Source of the DNA: Camelus ferus
Taxonomy: Eukaryota
Length of the DNA stretch: 64,000 bases
Reading direction: 5' to 3'
NCBI RefSeq assembly: GCF_009834535.1
Contig: NC_045703.1
Coordinates: 8,370,001 to 8,434,000 of the forward strand
In this document: piece by piece, positions 12,316 to 26,505 of the stretch
Numbering within the stretch: position 1 is the first letter of the stretch
Layout of the letters: every line of letters starts with the position of its first letter
Translations under genes and position numbers: made by a program
Notes under the pieces: generated by a model
Database searches by the model: none
The model's input: the letters and a program-made list of their open reading frames with translations, nothing else
What the model was told of the DNA's origin: nothing

Positions 12316-12500
12316 TTTTTTTTTTTTTTTTGAGATGTTATTGACACACAACAGTACATTAATTTCAGGTGTACAACATAATGATTCAATATTTACATAT
12401 ATTGGAAAGTTGTCACCCCAGTAAGCCCAGGCAACATCTATCACCTCACAACTTAGGAACTGTTTTTCCCTGTGATGAGAACTTTTAAGATCTAGTCTCT
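12316..12500 (-). mobile_element. L1 3' end fragment (L1MA-like)
   Basis: Poly-T followed by the reverse-strand 3'UTR motif tttcaggtgtacaacataatgattcaat. Confidence 0.75.
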
Positions 12501-12889
12501 CATCTTCATTCTTCTTAGTTATTAATGTTACATATTCTGAGAGTGCAGTCCCGTGCAGCACAGAGATGCGGATGAAAGTACAAAGTCCACCCTCACAGGG
12601 CAATTCTGGGGATGCTTCTCCCTCCCTGTCTCTCTCACAGTTGCTGAAAAGTAAGCTCACACTATTCTGACCCTCAAACTCGGAATCTGGGTTTAAAATC
12701 CGGCTTCCGCTTTGTGTTTTTCAGTCTTTTGTTACTCTGACATCTCACTCTGGAGGAGGTGAAAAAATTGAAGGGACAGTGGAGGGGGCTGTCTCTCCTT
12801 CATCACTTCCCTTTCCTGGTCAGAAAACAGGATATTCAAGAAAACCCTGTGCCGGGGACTGAGGGAGGCATTGCCTTATTTTCGCTTCC

Positions 12890-13010
12890 CAAGGATCCTT
12901 TCAGAAGGTGCCACCTTCATTTCACAGATGAGGACACGGGCTCAGGGCAGGGCCACACAGTCAGCAAGTGGCAGAGCTGGGATCAGAATGTCAGTGTGTC
13001 TGGCTCCTGA
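12890..13010. mobile_element. MIR
   Basis: catttcacagatgaggacacgggctcag...agcaagtggcagagctgggat core. Confidence 0.7.
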
Positions 13011-13547
13011 GCTGTTTCTGTCCAGCAAAGAGAATGAAGGAGGTTGATTCTGACGCACACCCTCTGGATGCACCCTTGTTCAGGAAGGGAAGAGACCAGG
13101 GCATCTGGCACAGGCCCGGGAGCACTAGGAGAGCCTCTCTCAGATGCTACGGGGGATAGTTCTCATTTACTTTGTTGACTGCATGGCTGGGACAGAGGAC
13201 CACAGGGTGGGAAAGAGCAGAACAGGATTTAGCACAAGCCTGCAGTCAGCGGGGGATGGTTGTTGGGAGGGGACAAAAATTCCTGAAGCAAAGGGAAGGA
13301 AGGCATCTAGGGAGTAGAAGGAGCCCCAGGGAGGGGAGGAGAGGGGCAGAGGAAGAAAGTCTGCAGGCCCAGGAGGGATGTGAGCTCCAAATAAAAAGTA
13401 GTCTGTCGTTTGCAGAAATTTATGCTTGGCCCCAAGTGTGCTTAGAGACTGGGAGAACCCAGATCCTTTTTCTCATCTTCAGAAAAGCAAGAGCCAAAGG
13501 AGAACTCAGAGTCAGGCCAATTCATGAAACTCACTGTCACAGAGGGT

Positions 13548-13830
13548 TTTCACTCATTCATTCACTTGTTCATTTCGCATGTATCTGTTGAGCATGTATC
13601 TGTCTGTTCTGGTGCTTGGACTATGTCTGTGAACAAAACAGACCAAGATTTCTGCCTTCGAGCCATTTGTATTTTACTGGTAGAAGGCAAACAATAAGCA
13701 CAAACGACCAAAAACCCTCAACCAAGCAAAGCATACAACATGTCAGAAGGTGATAAATGTTAACGACAATAGCAGTAAGTAAACTGGGACAAGGAGGCTC
13801 AGAAATGTAGGGGAGGGCCAGGGTGTGGGG
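13548..13830 (-). mobile_element. L2 3' end
   Basis: cactcattcattcac...tgttgagcat...gaacaaaacagacc...ctgccttc. Confidence 0.65.
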
Positions 13831-14224
13831 GACAGGCGCAGGCTGCAGGTTCCAGTAGGATGCTTGGGGAGGTTCAGGCGACAGGAAGCAGACCAGAAAG
13901 GAAAGTGTGGAGAGAGCAGAGGCAGAGGACGAGAGTCTGAGGGTGGAGGGCAAGGGGTGTGTGGAATCTGGCGGGTCTTGGTGCCAGTGTGCCACCTCTG
14001 CATGATGAAAGGCTGACAGACATCTTTTAGAATGTGTCTGCTTCTCTCCGACCCCTTGTAATTTCTAGTCATCTGTCTAGACCCAACAGAGATGTTATTT
14101 CTTCTATAAAACCTTCAACTCTCCCTCTTCTCATCCCTAAAACTTAATGGATTCATACAGTAGACTGATTATCACAGGAACTGATGATGGTCACGATGAC
14201 AACCATTATGACACAAATATCTAG

Positions 14225-14400
14225 CATGTACTAAGAACTTGCTGCATTATCTCATCGAATTTCACCCATCCAATGAGGAAGGTCCTACTCTTTCATCCTT
14301 TTTAACAGCAAGGAGATTGAGGCTTAGAGAGGTTAAGTAATTTGCTCCAACTCACACAGTCCTTACATGTTAACCTATGAGACAAACTCAGAGTCCATAA
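14225..14400. mobile_element. MIR
   Basis: gagattgaggcttagagaggttaagtaatttgc core. Confidence 0.7.
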
Positions 14401-14449
14401 TCTCAATACTGTTGAATGCATTATATCTTTGGCAAAAATGACACTGGAA

Positions 14450-14610
14450 CACAGTGGCTAACAGCATGGATTCTAGAGCCAGTGTAGGCTTGAGCTCCAT
14501 TCTGCTTCTGACTAGCTGGGTGATTTCAGTTAAGTTACTTAACCTCTCTGTGCCTCAGTTTTTCCCATCTGCAAAGTGGCAAGAAAAACACTACCACCTC
14601 TCAGACTTGC
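14450..14610. mobile_element. MIR, opposite orientation to 14225-14400
   Basis: aagttacttaacctctctgtgcctcagtttttcccatctg core. Confidence 0.75.
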
Positions 14611-15150
14611 TAATTCCATTTCAGTATTAATTAATATTTTCAGTTTTTGTTTTATTACATAAATAAGGACTTGGAGTGGTTTTAGCATTACTTAGAATAG
14701 CAAGAGAAAAATGCTATAAAAGTATTATTTAAAATGATAATCATATATATTTGTTTCTTGAAGGTAAAGACTCTTATTCATCAAATTCAAACATGAATAA
14801 CTCAAAGAGGATCAAACTCAGAGTCAGTGCCCATGACTGGATGATAGATATTCATGTAGAAGTTAATGCATCTAACTTCTGTTTTTTGTTTTTAATCCTC
14901 TTATTAAGGGTGTCCCCCGATTTTTCTCTTCAAATGCCATAGAAACTTATTTTACTGAAGATTCTTCTAGAGTTTTCTACAAACGACATGCCCTTATAAT
15001 TCTTCTAACCACTTAAAAGAATCCTCAAATTGAATTAAAATGACATACAGTTAATTGTAATAATTCAGTGTAAAGCAAAAATAGAGGAGAAAATAGAAAA
15101 TTCTGTCTCTTCTACTCCAAATCCCAAGTTATAGTTATGAATATAATGCA

Positions 15151-15284
15151 TTTTAAAAATTAATTTGGAGGGGGGAGGTAATTAGGTTTATTTATCTATT
15201 TATTTAATGGAGGTACTGGGGCTTGAACCCAAGACCTTGTGCATGCTAAGCATGCAGTCTACCACTGAGCTGTACCTTCCCCCC
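15151..15284 (-). mobile_element. tRNA-Ala-derived SINE (camelid Vic-1-like)
   Basis: Reverse complement of the head tagctcagtggtag...gggttcaatcccc followed by the aataaataaacctaattacctccc tail. Confidence 0.85.
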
Positions 15285-18200
15285 TTGTACTGTATATTTT
15301 AAATACAGCTCTTTCTTGGAATAAATAGAGTTTATAATATATGTAAAATAGGAAAGGTTAGAACAGTCAATTTATGTTCATGTATGATACTACTAAAGCT
15401 ACTGATCACGTAATCATAAAACGAACAGTGTGGAATGAATCACCTTCTACCTTACAAGAGTCTCTCCTAAGTTCCTTACGGCCAGGAACTGTGTCTGTTT
15501 GGGTCATGACTGTTAACAGCAATACCCAGCACAGAGTAGCTTCTCAATAAATAGTTGTTGAATAGGTGGCTTCAAAAGTAGTATTTTGAGTATTATACTG
15601 GAACTCGAGAGTCTAAAAAGTTTTAACATGTAAAAACTTAACTAGGGTTATAAAATTCAGTTTACATCAAATCAAATGAATTCAGACATAAAACTCTGCA
15701 TTGTTTTCTGGTCTTTGGTAAAACATAAAATACCATAAATAAGAAATGTCCTCAGTTACCGCTTTATGCATAACGAAGTGTCAGTCAAAATTACTGGTCC
15801 AATGGATGCTTATCATGATGCAACAAGGCAGCGTGGACTCAGTTTTAGATTCTAAAGGGATAGGATTCAGCTAGTCTATCGACAATTACCTAAATCTACA
15901 GACAAGGAAGATGAGTTGCAGAGAGGTTAAGTGATGGAGAGGACACCATCCTCCTGTCCCCATGTCCTGTGTTCTCTGTCCACTCTGCCATCCAGTGACC
16001 TTGAACAACTGCATGTTTACTGGAGGGGTCATTTGATAAACACAAACACAACAGAGCTACATATTTCCATCATATCTTATTTACTTGGGGTTTTAACATG
16101 TTTTCTGTTCTCCTAAAATGTTATTATTTTATTATTCATAAAGAAGATGTCTTTGGTTTAGACATGCAAGAATCAGAAATCCTGAGTTTTTTCTTTACTT
16201 CACAACTTCTAGTTGTGTGATTTTGGCCTTATGTTTCCTAGTTCACAGGGCACAAATGAAGTTCCTTAAATGCTATAAAGGTCCATTCCAATGTAAGGTA
16301 TTACAATAATTACTGTATTATTAAACTGAAGCAAGAGTAATAATCACAAGTGGGGGTGTCCACATTAAATCTAATTTTCTTGGTGTTCCATTTTCAATTA
16401 TTATTCTCTATTTATGTATGAAGACTCATAAAATGTGCTAATGAAAAGAAAGGCAACTGTTAAAATCTGTTTCTGTGCTCTTTTTCTTTCCTCATCGATA
16501 ACTAAATTCAGTCAGAGCAATTCCCTGAAGACACTGGTGAAGACAACTTTTCTGGAGATCTTAGACAATTCTAAAAGTGTGAAACTAATATGTTACTAAA
16601 ATGAAAATATGCTATGTTTTGTTTTGGGGAAAATGTAATAAATTCTACCACATAATGTTTCAATTATAATTAATATTGATGTTCATAAGAATACTTCTGT
16701 ATCTCTCCTGGTTGACTACCAAGATGGCTTAATGTGAAATGCAGACCTCTATCATCTTGCTTCCTCATAAGTTGAGGAAGAAACAAATTAAATTTAGATA
16801 GAATCTACCTAAATAAGAAATGTTCGTATGCAGTGAGATGGGTTCAGGCCATTAAGATACATTCACCCTTTTGTTTATTATTGACATTTATGTATATGAC
16901 TATAGACATTAAATAGACTCACCAAGTATTTTAGTACATAGCTACATTTCATTCATTCAAATATAGGACTTTTTTTGAAAAGCACAGATAAGAAAGGATG
17001 TTATGAAGCAAACAAAAATGATTAGTAATGCACTGAATTCATAAGTGATTCCACGTTAACTCTGCATCTATGTGGCAACTGTCATGAAATCTGGAAATGA
17101 AAAAGTGGGTGATTTCTTCATCCCAGAAATATTCTCAATGTAGAAAGAATCTGTCTACTTTGAATAAAAAGAAACCACCGGATACTGCTGCTTCCAAGTG
17201 ACAAGTGTAGAACACTATAGAAATCTGGTTATTTGCAAAAGAAATCAGAGCTACATTAGCAGAATAATTCAGGAATTAACTTAAAATGCAGTGGGACACT
17301 TTACTTGCACTAATCATTTAAAATTCTGGAATACTGGGTTATTTTATCAAATATTTTCCATGTTTAAGTTAAAACAACAAATTGCATCCTTAAAAATATC
17401 ATGTACTCTGATGCAAAAATATTCTTAATCAAAACATTGGAGTCAATAAGTTTAAGCTAATAAAGTATTAAAACACATCTGAAAATGTACTAAGTAAGAA
17501 AATATTTTATCACCTCATATTTATTAGAAAACGGTCAATATCAAAACTTTTTTTAAAAATTAAAAAGGATATATGGTGTTCTTTTGAAAAAATACTTTGC
17601 AGAATGTTGAATTAGATGATAATAAAAGTAATAATAATAGTAATTTATACTTGCCTTTCACAATTAGGGATGATTCATTTAATTGTAAACACTAAACTCA
17701 GGACCTTGATACTTCAGGGAGTCTATTAAAATACATTTTTCTAACTCACTACTCATAAATTTTGCTTAGTTTGAAGCCACAAGTAGATCTCCATTTTATT
17801 AAGATTTATAACAGACTTATGTACACATAGGCTCATAAAAGTTGCTATTTATATATTGAAATAATGTCATTTACAAATAAATACTTTGTTATTAGAATGA
17901 TGATTCTTAAAAGTTTCAACATTTTTAGTAATAAAACTGCAAGAAAACTTTCAGTAGAATTTTCAACTTAAAAACAGAATTTTCAAGTCAAAAACATTCC
18001 CTGGGGTTACAAGTTCATATACTGTTTCTTCATCACTGTTTTAAATAATCCTACAACTTCTAGGAAAATTCCTGGATCTAGATAAACATGCTTCCATGTT
18101 AATTCCAAATAAAGCTATGGTACCATGTGAGATGATATTAAGATTTCTTACAGTTAAAATTAAATTATGAAGAAACGGTACATTAAAAATTGTGTGTGTG

Positions 18201-20016
18201 TGTTTGTACACACGCCTACTATGAGAAATAAGACAGCAATTCAATGTTTTCCAACTTACTAAAAAGCTCTCTTAAGTAAAAATTTACTTTTTATATTACT
18301 ATGCTATTTTTAAAATAATCCAATATACCTTGATACGAGATGTCCAAAGACTGACTATATAAGTTGTCATTGATTTTACAATTTCTTTTAGCTACTACTG
18401 ACCTAGGGCAAAAGCCACCTGATGCCCAGATTCTCAGGAACATTCACTGTCTCCAAATCTGATGCCATGTTCTCTTCATTTGCAAATTGGTAGAAACTTC
18501 TGAATAAGTAAATAAAGCTAATAAGGGGTGAAATGCAAGGGTTAAGTGTTCCCAAATGGTTGGCATGGTTACCTATGAATTAAGCATCACTTGAGTAGTA
18601 ATCTCTCTCTGAGTGGTGGAAATCTCTCTCCCATTTTTATGGGCATTTAGGATTTTAATAAAAGCTCGTGTAAATAATATTCTGTTCCCTACAGTAATAA
18701 ATCATAGTATCAAGCCATGTAAAAATGTACTTCCTTTGGTTGAACATAGAATTTATTTACAAATAAGCCACAGTAGAAAAGCAAAATGAATGTTCAGAAT
18801 TACGTTAATAGGAAGAGTTTCTGTTAATAATCTCACCTAAAAGGACCATTTCTGCTTCTAAAATCTACCTTTAAAATTATATAGAATCTATGAAATCAAA
18901 TATCATAATTGATTTGTATGTCATTAAAAGGCAACTAATTTTCAATCTACCTTCATTGCACATTTGTAAGAACTGAAACTACTATTTGGATTTCCATGTT
19001 GCTTAGTCTACACCCAGATAAACTTACATTTATGTTCATTACAAACAGCATCTTATTTAACTGTCTTAAACTCTAGCAGTCACTACTACATAAGGTGAAA
19101 CCCAGAGCTGTCTTTTATAAAAGGAAATCCTACGTTCCTTGATGGTCATGACAGTGCTTTACTTAAACACCGTTGTGACTCTCACCGTTAGAATACTGCA
19201 CACAGTAGGGGAACAGGAAACATTGTGTTGATTGAATTTCTGCTTAGACCAGAAGGAAAGCTGCCAAAACACCCCAGAACTTTTTGTGACAGGTTAGGAA
19301 AAGATATTTAAAGATATGGACCACATATAACCACCATAAAACAGGAGAAGTGGGTTAACTGCACCTGAGACAGATAACAAAGCAATGGAAAAAAGACATC
19401 GCGGCACTTCCGAATTACAGCGTGAAGTTGATTCGAAGCTCTGATAGTATTTTTAAAAACCTACCTTGATCATTGACCCTAGCCCTTAACAATGTTTGGC
19501 ACAAAGATACTATGCATAAAACATATAAGAACCAGGTATTCCACCTTAAATCAGGTAACATACCCCAAGGCCTAAACGTCATTATTAGCGAAACGAGACA
19601 ACCAAAATCAAACCATCAACCGATGTAAGAAAGAGCAGGTTCTGTGATAGACTTTTAATACGTTTTAAAGCACCTGAGAATTTTAACTTATTCAAGTGCA
19701 AACAAAAACAATAGTCAAATATGTTTCCAGAAAATCAGAACACTTAACGAATGCACGTTAAGACAGAACTCTCCCGCTGGGTCTGACTTTACTGTGTTTA
19801 AACCATGCCACATGCATGGTACCCTCATTTCAGTAAAGATTCTGAGGTGCTTTATCAGATAGAGGTGGATGCATTTACTTTTGGAATCACAGCATCTTTG
19901 ACTGTGGCCCCTGGAAGGAAGGCGTCATAACCACATTGTTCTTAGTTATTACCCTTTACTTGGTGGCCTACAAGCCCCTGGAGGCCACTTGTCTGTGAGG
20001 AAGGGGTGACTAGTAC

Positions 20017-20100
20017 CTGTCATTCTCCGGAGAGGCATGCTGGATTTGAATCCTGGGGCTACGAGGCCGTCTCCTATCTAGGGAGGGGGACCATCTACCC
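20017..20100 (-). CDS. RIMS1: RIMS1 cassette exon, 84 nt: GRWSPSLDRRRPRSPRIQIQHASPEND(R)
   Basis: Acceptor ggcaaccag, donor gtacta; phase 2-2. Confidence 0.93.
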
Positions 20101-23100
20101 CTGGTTGCCCAATGAACGAGACAGGAAAAAACAGGACATTTAGTAACTCCTAAAATAAAAGAATATATGGAACAACAGGACTGGAAAAGCACCTCAAGAA
20201 GGCAAAGTGTAGAGTCTTGGCTCCATCATGCACTCTTCATTTTTATAAGCCTTGGAAAGATCAATAAAATTGTAAGAAAATAAAACTTGTAACCTTACAT
20301 GAGACTAGAGAAACACAACTTATTTGGGAAGATGCTTGAAATCTATTAAGTGTAGTTTTTGTTCTTTTAAATGGGCTTGGGTATGTAGACATACTTACAC
20401 AGACTCACCAATATGTATAGAACTTTAAAAAGTGATTCCTTAAGATTCTGGATGATGTCTGCATAAAATAGGTTTAATAAGCTGTCAATGCTGATTTGAT
20501 GCAAGGCTTTCAAATTATCAGCTAAAGTGTCAAAAAATTAGGTGTGAGGATTTAATACGAAGCAGAAATATGGTCACAGTTTAAGTGAAGGGAAGAAGCA
20601 TGCTCTTTATTCTAGAAACAGTAACATGAAGAAATAATTCATGGAAATATTATTGGCAAAGTCTTCAGTTTTCTTGGGGAAAATTGCAGGGTAAATAACT
20701 GAAGTTAAAAAACTGTGAGTCCAAAACACTGATGGGTGGAAGTGGGAAATACAGGTAAAATGCCACGGTCACAAGCACCACCTTTAAAAAATTCTGCCAA
20801 TCTTTACTGGCAAAAGTACCTTTCAGTTGACAAACGGTTGTTTCCTTATTTCAGCATTTACACTGATACTGTTCTGGGGATTAACAGGTAAATGAAAGTT
20901 TGAAACTTGGTTCATGCCTTTGATAAACGATCTCGAGATTCTGTCTGTGCATGAGCATCAATTACAAATAGCCAGTCAAGTACAGAAAAGAGGCATTAAG
21001 GGACTGAATAGGCTGGACCTGAAAATTTTAATACATTAGATATGAACATTCTCAGCAGGATAATTCCTCCGCATACGGGCTTCCTCACATGCAACAAGGG
21101 ATAACCGCATGGTATGAAGGGCTCGTCTACCTATAAGACTTTATGATACTCTCAAGAAGATTCGCCCTGACATTTTTTAAGAAGCCATCCTTTTGGCCAT
21201 TAATAACTGTGGCTTCGTAGATTTATGGGACGATCTGGACAAAAATAGCCAAGGAGTATCAGCACGTGACCAGGATCTGTGACATCAGCAGGTGTTTAAC
21301 TCTGAAAAGTCCCTTGGGACCTTGTGCCTCATCAGTTTCAGATGGATGGTCCCAGCAGGGGTCATGTCAGGCTTTGAGAGAGTGGTGAATCAAATAAAGA
21401 TACTCAATGGCCAAAGCTGGGCAGAAGAGAAAACTCTGTGGCATGTCCTCTTGAATGTGTTACATGTGTGTGAAATTAAAAACATGTGCATTGATTCTAA
21501 ATTATTTCATTATTGCGTATTATTTAAACAGTTGGTCAATACATTCGGAATGCTTTAAAATATGTCTTTTCACTTGACTGGCAGACAGGCTAAAGAAAAA
21601 AATATTTCTCAGGGAGATGAAAACAATGACACTTCCAGTGTTTTTCACATGAAATCATACTCAGTCATGATCAAACTTACGGCGTTATTTGAAAACACAA
21701 ATATAGAATTAAAGTGTTTTTCTTGAAACATTGTTTTCAGGTAATGAGTAATGTTAATTTGCCACGATTATGAGAAACCTTGCTTCCTGAGGCAAAATTC
21801 CAGTCCTCGTGTTTACTGAAACACAAAAGTAAAGAAAAAAACTAAAGAAAAATGCTATAATTATGAAGCATGCAGTAAAAGCTATGGAGGAGAAAGGTGT
21901 ACATTTAGAAACAAGCCATTATGAATGCAAGCTAGTCAAACGTAACTTTAAAAGAAATATTTAGCATGATACAGGCACACCTGCATGCTCTAAGTGCTTC
22001 CCAATATGCTGATACGTAGTACCAATGAAAGAAATCTGTTTGCTTTTCTTTCACATCTTGGAAACCATGAGAGAAGGGTCAATTTTCATCCAACTTTTGT
22101 CCAAAGAACAGATATTATGTAAGTTTTAATATCATGCATTTGTGAGCTTTAAATAAACTAGTGTTTCATATGTTTTTAAAACAGGTACAACTTCTTTATC
22201 TTTTTCTCCTCTCACACAGAAGTAAGGGATCAAAAGAGAATCTTCATTCCCTTATTACTGAGCAAAACACACAGTGTTACCTTCCATTTTTGTGCCACCA
22301 GCTAACATGGCAGACTGTGCTGGTGGGACTGACCATGAAGTTGAATTAAAACAACCCTTTCTTGATTTCTCTTTCCAAACCATCTTGCAAGTTACATTAG
22401 CTAGTTGCATTATTAGTACTCTAATGTCAGGTATTCTAAATGCATTCATTCAGGAACATCTACTTGTTGGGAGCCCAGCCCTTCCCCTGTGCTCAAAACA
22501 GGAGGAAAAGGTCGCTGATGGCTGTGGGATTCACCGACGGGTTGTGGGCTCCCTGAATAAGGGAACTGTTCTGTTTTGTTTTTTGTTTTGTCAGTTACAT
22601 CAGCTATGCCCACACAGAATAAGTGATCAATAAATGTTCGTAAATATTTAAGTAGATAATAAGGAGATAAGAATTGGGGTACTACTGGTAAGAAATAATG
22701 AGAAACTTAACCAATAAATCAACGGTGGGGACAGGACCACTGATGAGATACAGAGGAACCAGAATTAAGGGTCCTCAGTAAGCAATTCAATGGTTCCTAC
22801 GTTGTGACTTTTACCCAGGCACTGATACACCTTAAAACAAATGTGTGTGTTTAAATGTGTAATTAGTGTATGTGTTTGCAAATGTACACACCTTTCAATG
22901 GTGCATTTCTCCTGGCAGAACATGCCTAAGCAGCTAACTCATCCAAAAGAGAACTTACACGGAAGTGTAAATCATTCATTCCATAAGCAGCATGAGTGAA
23001 GAAAAAATAACGTATTTGGGGAAGTACTGTAATATTGGAAACCAAGCCCGAACAGAGGAGAGAAGTGATCACATTGTATGTGTTTTCACTGTCTATTCCC

Positions 23101-23714
23101 ACTATTCATTTAGTCCTTTAAAACATTTTCCCTAATACTATTTTAAATTGAAATTAATGTGGGTACTTATAGTTTGAAATAAGGTTTATTTATTTCAATA
23201 AGATTCACATTGTTAAGTTTTAGGGAGGAACTGACATTCTCTTAGGCCTCGCATTTCCAAGTGGAGGGAATTCCCTTTAAGTCACGCTTCCTGCCCCTCT
23301 CTCCACCCCACAGAAGGAGGAGTGGGAACTCTGTTAAAAAAATCAAGCACAGGTGATTTAGCCCTTTCCAGAGTCCTTCCTCCAAATCAGTCTGCCGGCA
23401 CACAGCCAACACTGCGGCAAACCAACCTATAAAAACAGCCTTCAGATGGAGGCCTGAGCCTGTGGGAGGAGCCTCTGGCAGTTCAGAAAACTTGGCTGAT
23501 GGTGCAGGGAGTGATCAGCGAGCCTCCGGACCTGAGGTCGTAGCTCCGGACCCTGTTCATTATGTTTATGGTGGTAACTAGAGCTCCCACCTTCCACTTC
23601 ACAATCAGACACAAACTGGGGGGCAGAAAACAGGGGTGTTTTTAAGTTCCCCCCTAAGTCCCCAAACTGAGCATTTACTAAGTAAAAAATAATAATGTTA
23701 TCAAAGGAGGCAGC

Positions 23715-24740
23715 AGGGATGAATTGGGTGTGATCCCTGCCCTCAAGGAGTACAATACAGTGGAAGAAACACACGACTAAGTAAGATACAATGGGTTTTA
23801 ATAGACACATATAGCGTTACCTGGGCCCAGAAAAGAAAGTGAATAATTCTAAGTGGGAGAAAAAAAAAAAAAAGGAAGCATGTGGGGGAGTCAGGGGGAG
23901 AGGTTAAGAAAAGTTTGCAAAAGATACAGTTATTTGACCTCCCTTTTTGAAGAATGAGTAGAATTTTTAGGCAGACAACAAAGGGAAGAGGGTACTTTAA
24001 GAGAAAGAAAACTTGAGACAAAAACTAATAAAGACAATGAACAGAGCTCATGAGAAATTAACCGGGTGAGAGGGACACCGGAAGTGGGGAGGGATCGTTT
24101 CTTAGGAGATTCTCAAAGGAGAAGCGAGAGGATTTCCTGTCTCATTGAGTGAGAAGGAGACGTGCTTCCCGATTACGTGGGCAGTCACATGTCAAGGCCA
24201 CCCAACCAGGAGGAAACTGAGGAAGAGAAAGCACTTTGCTGAAAAAGGATGCAAGGGGAGATAGTGAATATGATTTAGACACTTAGATGTACACGGGGTC
24301 TGGAAAGCACTTAGAAATTTAAACCGAGTTTGCAGGGAAGTTCTGACCTGGCCAGTGACAGTGGTGTGTGGTCTTCATTATGCAAAGAGTGGGAACTTTT
24401 GATAGCAATATAGTTTCAGAGATGGAATGAGTTTCCTCAGAGGATGAAAACTGAGGATGAAGGTAAGAGAATACATATTTTATGAGACAGGGGTCCAGGG
24501 GAAGGAAGCCTGCTGAAGGAGGCTGTCGCAGCACAGAGGCACCAGGAAACTTGTAGAGGGCGCTTAAGAAAGGAGAGGTTCAGGAGGCAGGGTGGTGAAT
24601 GCAAAAGGTTGTAAGATGCTTCTCTGTATGATTAGGGAGTTGTGTCCTTGGTGGTGGGGTTTTAGCACAGTGGTAGGGCAGTGGGAGGGAGTAGGCATCA
24701 GGTTGCAGGATTCACCGGGAAGTAAAAAACGGAGGCAGTA
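23715..24740 (-). mobile_element. L2 fragment
   Basis: gatccctgccctcaaggag followed by purine-rich L2-like body; boundaries approximate. Confidence 0.5.
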
Positions 24741-26280
24741 AGTGTAGACTACTCTTCGGTGAGCCTTTAGTAGAGCTATGCTTTCCCTAAAGGGTCAGGG
24801 GAGAAGACATCACATCTGAGAAAAGCAAACATTCTTCTGAGGCTTTAAAAATCAGAGTCTCCTAACATTTAAGCAAGATTCTGTTTTAAAACCTGGGAGA
24901 GGATAGGTTAGCAACAGGGCTGTCACTCACTCCTTCCCCAAAAGGGAACAGAAAGGGGACTGATGCCCTCACGCTGAGCCTGATATGGAGGAAGGAAAGT
25001 ACAATGACCTTGATCAGACCTCCTCGGAAACAGGCAGGGGTACTTGCTAGTGAAAGGATAAAAGAGAGAGAGTCCTTATCTGACAGATATCTTCAGTAGG
25101 ATGAACTGGTCTTTCTAGATCTCCCACTATCAATGAACCCAACATTTCTTGACTTACGGGTCATGACTGGATTGGGTTACTAACGATTTTTGCTATTTGT
25201 GTCATCAAAAGAACATGATGGAGGGGCTCAAACATGGAACTGACTTCCTTTGCGAACAGGGCTTCCAACACGGGCCCCTCTCAATATTCATCTGTTAACC
25301 TGGACCAAGTCACCCTAATGAGGGAGAAAAGGGGGCTCTGGTGGTTTTAGAATCCTTTAGGAAAAGAATATACTACCCACACCTGGCGCTCCTTTATCTT
25401 GGAGTCACTAGTGAGTGTGGTGTTGGGGACTGAGTCTGCTTTAACGATTTCATTCCTAGTGTATCAACACAGAACTCGGTTTCCTTTAAAAGTTAGTGAG
25501 GATACTTCAGAAAAAGGCATTAAGTAGGTATATAACAGCATATAAATGTTCATCCAAATGGTTCAGATTCAGCAGATGGTTTAATTCTAATAGGTTAGAG
25601 GCTGTGGAAATATGTGACTACTTCAAGAAGAAGAAATTACGTTTATAACACCTTTTCTCTAACATTTTATCTACTATGTAAATATTAGGCATTAAGCAGC
25701 TCTCCGGTCAACCAGAAAAATTAAGTAATCTGGAAAACTCCTGAAGCTTCCCTCTTCCTACTCTCTTCATGTTCTGTCTGGGGACTTCTAGGTGCACCTT
25801 CCAAAGAGAACAAAGTCCCCATCCTGTTACGTCCTGTCTCAAAGCTGCCCAGAGGTGTGTGCACAAGAGGGCAGCTTCCTCCATCCCACCCAGTACGCAA
25901 CTACAGCTCATGCAATTATCCTGATGAAAACTTCTCTCACTTTATTTCCTTCTTGACAAGAAAGTGACCCCAACAAATTAAAGATCATTCATAACACGAA
26001 CCCCTGTCCTCTGTCATTTTTTAAGGGAAAAATGTCTTGTTATTCAATATACAGAGTGAATGTAGGTCTCGATCATATTTTTTCTTCTTCTATCGAAGTG
26101 TACTCAGACTTCACTATGACCCATAAAATAATGGTGGTCAGACTATTTGTCTGCAGGCTGACCTGTTTGAAGAGTGCTATCTGAGAGATTAAATTCACCA
26201 GTGCACAGATTTGTGAGCTCTATGATTTCAGCATAACATAAAGCACATGCCAAGTGGGCTTCGGCATAAGGAGAAAATTG

Positions 26281-26505
26281 TGCTGTCCAATATGGCAGTC
26301 ACAGACCAGGCACTGTGACAAAAGGAATGCAAAAGATCTCACTAACAGGTGTTAACTGACTAGATGCTAAAATGGCAGTATTTCAGGTATCTACTAAGGT
26401 ATTAACGTTGATCCCCCTTTTTTAATATGGCAAGCAGAAAATTTTAAATCATGCATGTGGCTCAAATTACATTTCTGTTAGAAAGTACCAATATAGACGC
26501 TATTC
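26281..26505. mobile_element. hAT-Charlie DNA element (MER3/MER33-like)
   Basis: gctgtccaatatggcagtcac at one end and gcatgtggctcaaattacatttct at the other. Confidence 0.55.
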
